A stretch of DNA of 64,000 nt from Xylographa opegraphella. Lineage: Eukaryota. This document shows, in pieces, positions 24,562-37,414 of this stretch. Position 1 is the first letter of the stretch; each line of letters begins with the position of its first letter. A program made the translations under genes and the position numbers. Location: contig JALDZX010000031.1 in NCBI GenBank assembly GCA_022813865.1, positions 1-64,000 of the forward strand. The letters run 5' to 3'. The notes beneath the pieces were generated by a model. The model saw only the letters and a program-made list of their open reading frames with translations. It was not told the origin of the DNA and ran no database searches.

Positions 24562-25197
24562 CCATGTGGTTGTGGGGCGGCTGTCCGTGGAGCAGCGTCT
24601 CAGTAAAAGCCTTGTTGTTCTTTTCCTAGACGAATTTTAGCCTCACCCCTGACGTGTGACGTTATTCTTGGTTCCTGACTAAAGAGGCTAGTCCCACTCT
24701 AGCACCGAGGACGATGAGCTTCGCAGTTTGAATCTCCTTCCCGTTCGAATAGTTCTTAACAGGACGAGAATTAATAGATTACAAGAGCAGCATATGCCCT
24801 GGAGTTACGACATGTTGAGTCTACTGTAGAAATCGCAGATTATCAGAAAGCCTTATCATGACGGTAATCACAAGAACTTGAATGAACGCGTGCTCTCCGC
24901 GTCGAATCTTGCCCAACAAAGCGACAGCAGTAATTAAAATCAATGAGAAGATATTATTGTTATAACCTCGAAAAACAAGGTTAAGAAGTTTGAAGATAAA
25001 AATTTTTAATATCGAATAAAAAACATTGAAATTGTTTAAAAATAATATTTAATTAAATTTAAAAATAAGTACTATAATTTCTAGCTTTACTCAATCTTGA
25101 GTCCAAGCCAAAGTTTGAAAAGAAAAAATTGATTAAAAAAATAATTTAACCAACAGATCCCTAAACAGCCTACAATCATTGACAAAAGTGACCAAAG

Positions 25198-26196
25198 ATG
25201 GAAGACCGAGCTCCTTCTCTGATTCCCGAAACCCAATCGTCCCCAGTTTCTCTAGATGCCGAGATCCTTCAACTCCGCCAGCAGAGTACCTCCCCCCATA
25301 AACAAACAACTTAGGCTTGCAACATACTAACTGATGTCAAGTTCAGAATTTGACTAATCATCGTGCTGCCCTGACCGCCGCTCTGCTATCGTCACCCAGC
25401 TCTCAAACGCTTCTTGCGCGCGCAAAAGCGCAACCGAGTCCTTCACCACAGGCTTCCGTTTTGGAGAAACGTACGAAAGAGCAACGCCGACAAAATGTGC
25501 AGAACTCATATCGAATGTGTGCTGGAGCGACCATGTTTGAAGGCCGTGATCCCGACCCGAATGCTGTGGTTGAGGGGCGTATTGTCGGAGTGAGGATCGA
25601 GGTCTTCAATCGACGTACGTTCTTTATTGTTATGGACCAGTATTGCCATGAGGTGGAGTTCATGTCACGCTGAAATGCCTCTACTTATCGCAGGTACAAG
25701 AACTTTTCGTCCGCCATATTACCTTCTCCTGAATCGACCACATTCAGGATCTCCATTTCTTCGCCTACATCGACATACTATACCACCATGTATTCCCCTT
25801 CAACGTCTCGTGGCAAAATACTTGCCCTCGTTGGCTCCTGATAATGGAGAGTCTTCTGGACTTCAGAACATTGCACGCCTAGTGCGGGACCTACGGCAGG
25901 AATTAATATCGTATCACTTGCGGCAGGAAGCCGTTATGGCGCTGGGTGAACCAAAAGCCCCTGGAGCGGATGCTGAGCAACACAATGGGGTCAAGGAGGT
26001 AAAGGCTGTGGATGCGGAGAATAGAGATATAAGGATCGAGTGGGAAGACGGAACTGTTGGAAGGATCGCGGTTGATAACAGCGGGAACCTCGAGAAGGTT
26101 GTCGTTATGAATCATCAAAGCTCAAGGATGAGGGAGAAGGAACGGAGCATACTGAGCGCGAAGACTTTGGGGAACTTGGTGCAGACAATAGTGTGA
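25198..26196 (+). CDS. MCM21: Kinetochore protein CENP-O/Mcm21/Mal2, 3 exons
   Basis: RDPDPNAV..GRIVGVRIEV, PYYLLLNRP and LRLHRHTIPPCIPL are characteristic of fungal Cenp-O. Introns at about 25286-25341 and 25615-25693. Confidence 0.8.
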
Positions 26197-26294
26197 AAGG
26201 AGTCAAGAAATAACGACGTCCTGGTACCGTACATTGTCGCCCAATATTGTCGAATGACCTCATCCAAACCAGATATCGAGCAGCCAAAGATACC

Positions 26295-27878
26295 TTACGC
26301 GGCAAACCTCCCACCGCCCCTCCCCTTCCACAAACCACCCATCCTGCTCACCACGCCCAGGCTCCCTGCCTCCCTAATTTCGCGAGCCATTTGCTCCTCC
26401 AAGGCACTTTGCGTAATACTTGTGTCGTCCAAATCGCTGAAACTACTACCCATACTTGGTGTCTCTTCACTGCCTTCCCGCGCCATCCGCCGTGTACGAG
26501 GAGATAGCGCAGACATCGGGCCAGTCGGCGACGTGGGTCCGGGATTGGGTGAGGACAGAGTCTTGGATTGAGCATTCGATGTAGGAAACGGTGACGAGAG
26601 CGAAGATGACGAAGAGTGTGCCGTCTTCATTATCATCTGAGGCTGAGCGCGTGTGGTAGTCTGCGACAGCAAACGGGATGTTGCAGCGGATGTGCGGTTA
26701 GCAGCTACGGTTTCGATAGGGTCCGGACGGTTTTCCTTGCGAGATGTATTGGAGGGGAGACGGCGGAGAGTAGCACTTGGATCTTGAGGAGATTGGGGAG
26801 TTTCGATAGGGTTTGCGTTGGAGAAGGGAAGAAAGGCCGGGCCATCATCATCCAGCTCATCATCTTCTTCGTCGGGAGATGATAGTAGGCCGACATTAAT
26901 CTTTGCTTTAGATTTCCCGCCTGGAAATTGTGGGCGGCGAGTGAATGCGCGGCTATGGGCGAGAGGCGGTGGGTCCGAAGAGGAAGATGATTCAGGAGAC
27001 GAGTCGGCCTTTGGTGATGGAAATCGGAGTCCTTGAATGTCATTTCCTTGCCGTGGACTAGATGCAATCTCCTGACGGAAAGAACCCTCTAAATTCCGGC
27101 TAGGATGACCAGTGCTCGTTTGAGGTATTGCTTTCTGTGATTGGGCTCCGATATTGCCAGTCCCAGGACGTGTGGACACTGGCCCTTGCTGGAATCAGTT
27201 GAGTATTTTACCACGGCGTAGAATGCTTACCTTTATTCTGCTCCGGCGTTTCAGCCACTTCGTTTCGAGTATTCGGAGTATCTCTTGGACGGACAGACAA
27301 AGATGATGGTACACGTGATCCTTGGGAAACATCAGCCCAAAAATTAAGAAAATACACCATCACGCTAATATCTCCACTACCCCCACGTTTCATGACATAG
27401 CCTCCAACCTGCGTACTAGCAGAAGCAGATTCTGGAGCCGGAGAACTGCGAGCGGAGGCGGGCTTGTTGACCCTCCGTAGCTGCTCACGGACTTGCGAGA
27501 GCTGCCTCTCGTATAGCCATGCTGCTTGTTGAAGGAGAAATGAAAGAGTCACTTCAAATCGATCGGCCCTGAGAGCACTACTTAGAACTGAGGCCACATG
27601 TTATTGAGTGGTTTCTCACAGCATATTCCCTTGAGATAGTCAGCAGACCAATAATCACGTTTGACTGACTGTCTCTCACAGTCGATCTCTGTGTCTTTGG
27701 ACGGAGAAGACAATATCTTCCACAAGGCCTTATCTTTAGACGCATCCCACTGAACCTACTGTCATCATTATTTTGGCACTCAAGTTGACATAAACGAACA
27801 TACAGCTGGAGGGTCGATGAAGTCGCCTCTGGGCGTAGGCACACGTATGAACACCGTATAGTGGATCTTGGAATCCAT
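26295..27878 (-). CDS. ATG29: Autophagy protein Atg29
   Basis: Spliced N-terminus YTVFIRVPTPRGDFIDPP...WDASKDKALW...IDWNMLADRFEVTLSFLLQQAAWLYERQLSQVR. C-terminal GSSFSDLDDTSITQSALEE motif. Confidence 0.9.
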
Positions 27879-28379
27879 CTTTTGATACGGCAGAGATACA
27901 GAGATATCCTACTATAATTGATATTGCTTCGGGCTAACAACCCTTTGCTTGATGCTGATGTATGACCTGCCATGCAGCAGGTTGCTTACACGTTTGGACC
28001 AGTCGGTCATTAATTTAGCCTTCTCCGATAGAGCGTATCCTAGCGTGACGCTTGTTCAGGCACAAGAAGGGAAACGCTAAGGTAATGGCGCGGCCAGATA
28101 TGATTCAGAGGAATTGGGCGTTACTGGAAAGGTTTTCAATTGCCTTCGGCGATCTGCTCAGTACATGCGCGACGTTATAAGATTCTGCACTCTCCTACAA
28201 TTGAATGACAAACTATCGGCATCAATCTACCAATCTTTTTCTATCATAAATACCTATGAGACTTACATACACCAGCTTTGATAATGGACGCCATTATACA
28301 TTGTACACCTGCTCCTCTGGCTTATGTGGAACCTTGTTTATGTTTTGTTGATGCTTTCAATACACTGCTTGAAGTTGAA

Positions 28380-29435
28380 CTGGCAACATTCCCAAAAAAT
28401 GCCCCAGGGAGAAAAAGCTCAATACATGTTTACCTCACATGAACTCTGCTTTGCGCTAAGCATTTTGTGAGGCCACTGTCCATCAACAATAACCCGAAAA
28501 CCGATTCTTCGAGAAAATCATACCGGGAATTTCCAGCGAAAGAAAGCTACTAAGTAAAGACTTCGGACTTGTATGTGATGGTGCCATAGCTCTCAACCAC
28601 GTAGCTTGGAGTGCAGGCGTCACGAGGACTTCATTGCTCCTTCACATGAGGAATGTGACGGTACCCGTGACATATATTGTACATTCTGCTAGTATTAGTG
28701 ACAGCGTTTCGCATCTTGTTTTGGCATTCCGAGACGAGATTACAAGGACGGTATCTGTCAATTGCTTCTGTGCATATCAAACACTGTTCAAATAGAAATG
28801 TCCAAATCGTTGTATGCTGGGAACAAATTCATTATCTGTCCCCGGTATGCTGGGCTTTCAATATCGAATGAATCCTTCCAGCCTTGAAAATATTGGCAAC
28901 AGTGAGATTTTCTTTAGATCATTTTGGACAGACATGATTCTTTAGTCCACAGGAAGGAGTTACGAACCGAGATATTCCACCTTGGCGGAGACTTCGGGCT
29001 GAGTTGAGTGAACCTCAAGCTGAAGGTTTCTCCTGCTGCTGGTCATTGCCCAGATCGGCCACATGGACAATACAACCGTTCTATTTGTAAACCGCAACGT
29101 AACTGACTACGAGTTTCGCCGTCGGAGAATAGTGTGAATGGGTGCCAATAAGCAATCGACCGATTTTGATACTGTCGAAGAGGAAGCGGGAGTAGGAGTC
29201 CTCTGGCTCAGTCAAGCAGAACTTCCTTTCTACGGCATTTCTGGAACAGACTGGAACACAACGAGATTTTCCGGATTGATCGGCGAAGGATCTTGTAGCA
29301 CGTATCTCCCTGTATAGGCAATTAGCGTTATATTCCTAGCTCAGAGACAACTCAATCAAGGACATTGAGTGCCAGTTACAAGAGTCAACTTATTCGACGA
29401 AATTCATAGACGAAGTTGGTAATCTCTTGAGTCAT
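28380..29435 (-). pseudogene. Possible decayed gene of unknown type
   Basis: A branch point/acceptor (gctaat...tacag, about 29310) is followed by RYVLQDPSPINPENL and later protein-like stretches broken by many stops. Confidence 0.2.
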
Positions 29436-29667
29436 AAGAAATATATGCTTCGGGTTCCCGCAGTCACGGAACCAGTAAGCGCACAGTAAATAATAGTACC
29501 TGGGTGAAATGCCTACGAATTAGCCCTCTTAGCTCCGGAAAAGCCCTAAGGTACATAAGCTAAATCCGCGCTAAACTTATTCCCCATCACGCATCCATCC
29601 TCCACCTTTCCTTCCAACAACCTTGCCGTCCCCCACCTCCCCATATTGTCTCTCACCCTCATCCAAA

Positions 29668-30489
29668 ATGCTCATCTCCACGCCACCCCACACCTTCCCC
29701 ATTCCCCATCCCGCTACGACACCGCCTCCCCCCTCTCCACCCCTACAATCCGACCTCCTCTCCGACATCTTCTCTTCCTCGCCCTCTCCTCCCCCCTCCC
29801 ACTCTCCACACCCCTCCAACGCCACCCATCCCTCCGACATCCCCCGCCTCCGCAGCCAGCACTCCACCGCCGGCTACCGCGACGGGCTATCCGTCTCCAA
29901 AACCCCCGCGCTCCAGCCCGGTTTCGACGAAGGCTACACACTCGGCGCAGTACTCGGCTTGAAAGCGGGAGAGCTGCTAGGCATGCTGGAAGGCATGTGT
30001 GCGGCTCTAAAAACGAAAGCCAGCCCGCCGAGCAAGGGTGACGGTGGGAGCGCAGCGCGCAGCGGAGCGGGTACGACACCCACGGATATCCAGATCTTCG
30101 AAACCCGGAGTGCAGTTACGGTACCCACAGTGAGCGTCGGAGGACCGGTTACGGACTATGAGCGCCTGACGCGCCTCCGGCGCGAAGCGGCCGCAGAGCT
30201 GGACCTCCAACGTATCTTCGCGGCGGAGTTCTGGGGCCCGGATGGGCTGTGGAGTTGGGCCGTGCCTGCGCCCACGGGAGCAGCGGAAGGGACTATGGGC
30301 GGGGATGGAGGTGTGGTGGGTGCAGACGAGGAGGTCACGTTCGAGGACGTGGCTGCGGCGCATCCGCTGATCCGCAAATGGGGCGCGCGCGTGCAGGAGG
30401 CGATGCGGGAATGGGGTGTAAGGAAGGGAGTGTGGGCGGGAGAGGAGTGGGAGGCCGGGCGGGTGGGCGAGGGGGACGTGATGGGATGA
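29668..30489 (+). CDS. YAE1: Yae1 family protein (cytosolic Fe-S maturation of Rli1)
   Basis: DIPRLRSQHSTAGYRDGLSVSK...LQPGFDEGYTLGAVLG (Gx3 repeat of Yae1_N) and C-terminal HPLIRKW. Confidence 0.88.
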   Translation: MLISTPPHTFPIPHPATTPPPPSPPLQSDLLSDIFSSSPSPPPSHSPHPSNATHPSDIPRLRSQHSTAGYRDGLSVSKTPALQPGFDEGYTLGAVLGLKAGELLGMLEGMCAALKTKASPPSKGDGGSAARSGAGTTPTDIQIFETRSAVTVPTVSVGGPVTDYERLTRLRREAAAELDLQRIFAAEFWGPDGLWSWAVPAPTGAAEGTMGGDGGVVGADEEVTFEDVAAAHPLIRKWGARVQEAMREWGVRKGVWAGEEWEAGRVGEGDVMG

Positions 30490-33400
30490 ACCTCCTTCTC
30501 TAAGGTACCTATGCAGGACTTCCGAGCCGGGGTGGCTTCTTCAGAGGTTGAGATGACGGATCCCTTGCGCTTGCGTCTAACCTGCCACACCGATCGTGGG
30601 GTCGGCGGAGGACCGGCTTCTGCAGCGTTGGCCCTTCATGCATGTGTGGTGTGTGGCTTTGGCGAACTGCAGGCCGTGGCAGCTGCGGCCGCGCGCTTTT
30701 CCGCGGACGCAGAGTCAGCTGTGCGACGGCAGCAGAGGGCTATGTGGGGAAGAGCGGTGAGGGATGGAAGGTTTGATGTGATGGGGATGGCAGGGAAGGG
30801 AGTGTGCGTTGAGATGGCTGATGCTTGGGAGATAGATTTTGGGGGTGAAGGGAGTGAGGAGGAGATGTGGCGTGATGATTGAGAGGTTTTTCTGGAAATT
30901 GAGTTCTAAGGGCGAAATTCTATCAGATCATATTTTGGTGTCCGAAATAGTCTAGAAAGAGCCATGTATTGAACTATAGATCGTCGACTCAAGGCCTGCC
31001 TGATTCGAGGCCCAAAATGCCCTGTCGTCGAAGACCACTCTATGCACGAAAAACGTCCCCAGAGTTCGTGAGCAAAGTAACCATTCCCCGCCGGTGCCTC
31101 TTAGCTTAACTGAAATCTTACGCAACGTAACAACTAATCCGATTCTACCGCAGAAACATCAACCATTGCCCTGCACCGATTTGCTGAAAACACACCCACC
31201 CCGAACTGGTAGTTTTTGCGGTAGGCCAGATCGCCATTAGAAGTAAACATTAATCGCAATGAGCCACGAACGTAAGCTGTCAACGGCCACCACTGATCAC
31301 GTCCGCCTCTCGCTCGCTCGGGCATGCCGGTCGAGTCTGGTGGTCGATAGCCACGCGAAAGGGACAGGGACGGCGTTTTCCACGATCGTTGACGATGCCG
31401 TCCTGGGCTTGTATGGGGGTAGACAACATAAAGCTCCATCGATCATGCGTCGGGTTTCTCGTCCAATCCAACCGTAGCGGATGCCTCTGCTCGGCTCGTC
31501 GTTCTCTGAGTCGAGGCTCGTTCGAGTAGGTGGATTGTGCGGTGCCGATCGCGGCAACGTGATGATGTATGGACCGTGTAGTATGCCCGTTGGACTCAGG
31601 GCGTCTTTGGAATCTGACTTTCTGTTGCCGGCAACCGCGTCCAAGTGGCCTCGAAATGTGCAAACGTTGCACGTGGATGTAAGCCTGGAAGATTCCTCTG
31701 ATGGGAGATGAGATTCTCCACTATAGGGTAAGCATGGAGCATGCTTTTCTGCTTCAGAAAGGAATGATTGCTCGGACGCAGGACGCAAACGACCCAAGCG
31801 GTTGTCGAGGACCACCTCCACGCGGTCATACATACACACACAGGGTCGATGGACACCTTCCAGATCAGGTAGTCGCTCTGTGCTCGAAAACCTTGGCGTG
31901 GAAGGAGGTGGAGGAGGAAAGAACTTTGGCGTTCGAGTGGGGAAGTGCCGGTCAAGGAACTTGTCTGCACGTATACAGTTCAGGTCACGAGGGTCAAGTT
32001 GTGGAGAGGTATGTAGCTGAGTGAGGAGAAGTGACATGTCTCTATCAAAAAGCGGTTGAGAGTCCTGACGGGATAAGGAGATTGATAGCGATGAACACCA
32101 GCCACGATGACTCGAAAGAGAAAGTGCCAATAGCCACCGCAGTTGGGAAGTGACTGCAGTGGTTCGAACACTATATATATCATCATGGGAAATGAAGATT
32201 AGCATTACAGAACCCCAGAACACGGTTCTTCCCTGCAAACTGCTCTGCAGATCAGAGTGCAGCACAACAGGCCGTTTCAGCTATGTAAGACAGCGGAACA
32301 CTAATCCGAGGCCTGCGGACAAGCCTTTGGCTAAGTTCCACTTGTCAGATGTGTTTGTTCTGTAATTCTGATAGCCGTGGCTATGATATGCCTCCCAGTC
32401 AGGCACCGAATGGAGCCCACATCTGGGACTGACATCGACGGACAGAGTAAGCAGCATCTTTCTTGAAGTACAATATCGTTGATAGCGAAGACAGCTGCCA
32501 CAAGAGGGCGTTTCCACGACTGTAGTACAGGAACAGAGACAGGAATAGGCTTGACTTGCATCAGGGAACACATAGAAATAGTGCTCGTCTCGAACGATTC
32601 GACGTTCTCTAGGTTCAAGGAGAGTCAAATCCAACGGTCAAAGCTAATATCGAGCCTTCGAAGCACTCTTCCACAATACGGTCGCCGTCGAGTATCAATT
32701 GAAGAATTGAAGGTGGTGAGTTTCTGAGTCACTGACCGGGGTAGTTGTCTCAGAACGCAACTCATGCCTGCATACCAGGCACGTCAGGTAAAAGTCATGA
32801 ATCCGATGTGACTTCGCAGCGACAGCCAAAGCCATCGAGTTTGCTACTACGATTCAACAGGAAGCAAACAAGGCTGATCAGCCTGTGAAGTGCCTAGGCA
32901 TTGCTCTCTGGTGCGGTAGGTACTCTTACGCAGCTGGCCGCTGATACCGCCGCGATATATGCAAGCCCGGAGACGAGTGCTTTCGGCGAGCGGTCAAAGT
33001 CGAAGGAGGTTGAAATAAGGTGTATAACACTTAAGCACCAACGGAGATGGTCAAAGTACGGTAAGGTACCGTACCTCCAAACAGGTGTGTGGATGGGCAA
33101 GACTGGAGGAGGGACTTGTTAGCAGTGTTGGAGTCGTGATTGGTCGAAAGGCTCTTGGTCTAGGAGGGATTGCGCTGAGGGAAAGTCACAGGGCCAAATT
33201 ACTCCTCACTAACTGCGCAGGCAATCGTCGCCCGCTTTCCGGCCGTTGAATTGTTGTGTTTCGATTCGGACTTCTGTCGCACAATCATCTTCGAGACTGC
33301 TTTGACCAAGTCATCGTCCTCGTCCTCGTCTCGGCCTCGTTGCGATCATGATCGAAGGTCGAGTTTGCTAACCGGCGGCCGCCCCGCTTAGCCAGCTCCT

Positions 33401-34042
33401 GGCCATGCGAACAGGGGTTTTGGATCTGCCAACTCATCGCGACCAGCCTCCCTCCAAGCAAAGCTCGGTAGCTCCCACAATGCCTCATTGCTGGACAATT
33501 CCGCGACCACGTCCACCGCTGACGGCGACAGAAAGCATGACCGCTGTTTTGGCACTCTGCCGTACTGCTTAACACGTTTCCCCCAAAGGATGCGGACCCC
33601 GGCGGCCTACTTTTCTGAGCTCCACGTCTAGCCCGGTTTCTCAAGTCGTCGCAAATGCCATTGCGAACTTCACAGCCGTCAAGTCATGCTCTACAAGACA
33701 GAGCGCTGTTTCCTGACACCCAAAGCTTCAGTGACTTAATTGTCGGCGGACTGCATGTGCGACTGATGCCGCTGGCACTAGGGACGAGACCGCAGAGCTC
33801 AACGATCGCTTCTGGCGCTGCGCGCATTCGTCAGAACTCAACAGAACAATCATTGGCCATCCCGAGACCAGTAAGATCACCGCAGAGAGTCCTGCAATAT
33901 ACTCTATCTTAAAATTGGAAGCACATTGGGCTCCCGTGTTATGTAACGGTATGATTTTCAACCTCCCAGCCTCCTCATTATCAGCACCTTCTGCACAAAT
34001 ATCCTATTGGCCTAACCACCCATCATCCTCCCAACCTCTTCC

Positions 34043-36985
34043 ATGTTGATTTCTACACCAAGCTCACTATGCAGGCACAGTACCAGTATTCCTCAATCTT
34101 CGGTTGTCTACGTACAATCGCTCCGGTAGTTCACGATCACCTTTGAGCACGGCGTGCCGTTCGCCTAGGTGTTCACCGACCAGTGTAACACATTCGCATT
34201 GTATCAAAATTTCCTTGCCGGTCTGAGGCCATCGCCAGCTGTGTCTCGGCCCAATCCATCAACGGGTGACGAGATTAACGAAGCTCACCCACCTCTGGCG
34301 TATCAGATACCACAACGCCAGCAGCGGCAGCCAACTTCGCGCATACCATCACGACCCTCGAGCTCCTCAGGAAGCACACATACTCTTCGAAGAACTCCCA
34401 AATTCGAAGAGCAGACAACACCGCGACGCCGCGCCGCTTCTGCAGCCGATCGCCATTATTCCACCTTAGATCCTCAAGCAGCTGCTCCAACACCTCTAGA
34501 CCGACTTCCTCCACTGTCAAGTGACGACGAGGACCGATCCACAACACCAGGGTTTATACGAACATCACCGGACACTTCTGTTTGGCCACACAGGACTACA
34601 CGTATTTCAAAACGGACTGCATCTGCAATACTTTACGCTCTTGAAGAGGCTATTAGGACACCGTTCCCGTTCACCCCCGATCTAGTGGAGGAGAGCGCTT
34701 CAATGGCAGATCTACCTTTTGGAGGACCCAGTGGTCGTGCTCAAAATGGTGGATCACGAAACGCCGCTGGACCGGTACCCGTCCCTCTAACACCGGCTGC
34801 TCGCGTGATGACACCAACCGAAGTCATGAGACAAAGGAGGGATCGGGAAGCGAAGAAGAGAGCCGACACCGAAGCCAGGCAGAGAGAAGAGGAGGAAGAA
34901 AATCAACGATTGCAGGAGGAGAGAAGGATAAGCGCCGAGAGGAGAGCTGCTGCTGCTGGCGTTGCAATGGAGCCGGCTTCGAAACGAGCATCAGGGGTGG
35001 GGAGGAGATCTGGGGTAGAGCAACTGCCGCAAGAGACCGGTGAGCGAAGGCGAAGTGATCGTGTAAGTACTGGCTCAGCTACACGACTCAACCCACCGCC
35101 TGGCCCCCAACCGACTGCGCCCGGATCTGCAAGTGTCCGCGTTCAGGAGTCTTCTGGTATCGCACGCCTTGCAACAGAAAGCGGCAACTTGCAGCCTCCT
35201 GCAGCTCGGAATAGTGCTGCATCTGCATCACAGCCTCAGCCGAGGCCTGCGCAGCCTCAGACATCCCGAGCGGCTTCGGCAACTTTCAGTAACCAACAAT
35301 TACCATCACAGACTCGATTGACCTCAGCCGGCGCTGGGACCAATCAAGCTCAAGCAGGCGTCTCAGCCGCTCCTTCGTTTCATAGAGCACCACCTCCGCA
35401 GTCGACCGGTACGCAATCTCGAACCGCCAACACTTCCTCATTTCCTCACGCCTTTGAGAGATGGGAGGCACTGTCATCTCAGTGGGAGGGTTTGACTTCC
35501 TACTGGATTCGTCGTTTGGAAGGTAACAGCGAGGAATTGAAAGGCCAGCCACTCAATCAACAGTTTGCTCGTCAGGTCACAGATTTGTCGGCTGCTGGAG
35601 CAAATCTCTTTCATGCTGTCGTCGAGTTACAAAGATTGCGAGCATCATCGGAACGCAAATTCCAACGATGGTTCTACGAGACACGATCGGAGCAAGAGCG
35701 GAGCCGAGAAAGGATAGCAGAATTGGAGAACGCATTGCGTGCTGAAAGACAAAAGCAGTCTGAAACTCCTGCAACTAGCGCTCGCGTTGATGAGGAGAGG
35801 TTAGCTACCGAGAGGGCTGAGGCTGAGGAGATAAAACGAAATGCGGAGCAGATGGTAAAGGAGATGCTGCGGGAGCTGCAGATATCTCGAGACGAGGCAC
35901 GACGAGGATGGGAAGAGATAGGACGAATGGAGCAGGCTGAACGCGACCGCACTACTTCTTTGAGAAATGGTGAAGCAACTCTGGTTGGGGGTGTTCAAGT
36001 TGTGCCCATGCAACTTGGCGGGACCAGTCGACAAGCCAGTACCAACAGAGCTTCGACCCGAGATGGTCCCCTTCCTGGGGACGCCGGCGGCCATCGTGGA
36101 TTGCAAGATCAGTCTCTTGACAGTCCAGGCATTGGCTACACCAACTACGACCCAGCTCGGTCAGAAACGGACACCGATCCATTCACCGAGAACGGCCGCG
36201 AACCTACCGGTCCGCCCTTGCCTCGTATGCCGCCACCAGGAACAAGTACAGCACCATCATATCAACAATCCGCGAGCACATCGGCTCCTGCCATCCAGGC
36301 TGCACGAGCAGCAGCTACTACCTCGCATCCTACATCTCCTCATGGGCAAACTGCTGCACCTACCTTGGGCTCCGGCCCCACAGCTGGTGGTACTTATCTT
36401 ACCTACCGCCCTGAGGGTGCCATTCCCCCGGCAGCAACATCGGGGCCATTCTACCAACAACAAGGAACAGGGACGGCGCTCCTCCATGAAGACGTATTAC
36501 AACAACAGCCCAGAACTACCGAAGCTGACGAGCGCTCGTATGTACAGTCAGTCGATGACACTCTCAGCGAGGAAGAATACGCCTACGATGGGGACGGCAA
36601 CGTACGTCGTGATGGCCAAGGCCGACCCATCATCTACCGCCAAGCATCCGGAAGTGAAGATAGTGACGAGTACAATGTGCAAGGGCAGCTAGAACGGGAG
36701 AGACTCTACGGAGCACAGTATGGAAGCGGAGTCCCTGGTGTCGAGTACGGGACAGGCAGCACGGCGAGTGCTGGAGGGGCAGGTAGAGGCACGAGCAATG
36801 GCAGTGGCAGCGGTGGGTACGGCGGAGGTGGACCGGCCCCTGCAGCCTATGATGGGAGTGGGTACGGTTGGGATGCTGTCCCCCGCCACCACCACCCCAC
36901 GCGATTGAGCGATGTGCTCGAAGAAGACGAGCGCAGTCGCACAAGTCCAAGTCGGGCCAGCGAGAGGAGTCGAGGGCTGCACTGA
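34043..36985 (+). CDS. Large uncharacterised, mostly disordered protein with a central coiled coil
   Basis: 938-codon open frame with conserved-looking blocks (SSFPHAFERWEALSSQWEGLTSYW, LQRLRASSERKFQRWF, HHHPTRLSDVLEEDE). The first exon (34043-34111, intron to 34168) is tentative. Confidence 0.85.
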
Positions 36986-37414
36986 GTCAGGGGAGTCAGG
37001 AAAAATGAGCGATTGGTACATTGTATGGCAGATGCTTGGTTGGTGGTAGTAGAGTTACCGGACGTCGAGACGTCCATAAATGTAATTATGGAGGTGGATC
37101 GTTGTACTCTACTCTATTTGGCATATGGGAATTGGGGCGAGAAGTATGCACGCGAACGAGATGTCGGTGCAGATATGTAGATTAGCTACAGTCACTGGAC
37201 GATAAGGTACAGATAGACTTTGGCATCAAAAGTTTGACAGTTCATGCGCTCTTCAGGCTTTCGTCCTTCCGCCAAAATCCTGTCGTGTACCTACGGAATG
37301 GGTTATGCCCTTAGGGTTCAGCTGCCGCCCCCTGTAATCACGCTAGGGGAGCCTCTTAGGCCCGCTCCGTACATTCTTTAAAGTCTTACAGATCTGTATA
37401 TCTCTCGCAGGAGC

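Noticed and set aside
25159..37316. TTAGGG/CCCTAA telomere-like hexamers upstream of MCM21, YAE1 and SCO1
   Set aside because: Single hexamers are expected many times by chance in 64 kb, and there are no tandem arrays.
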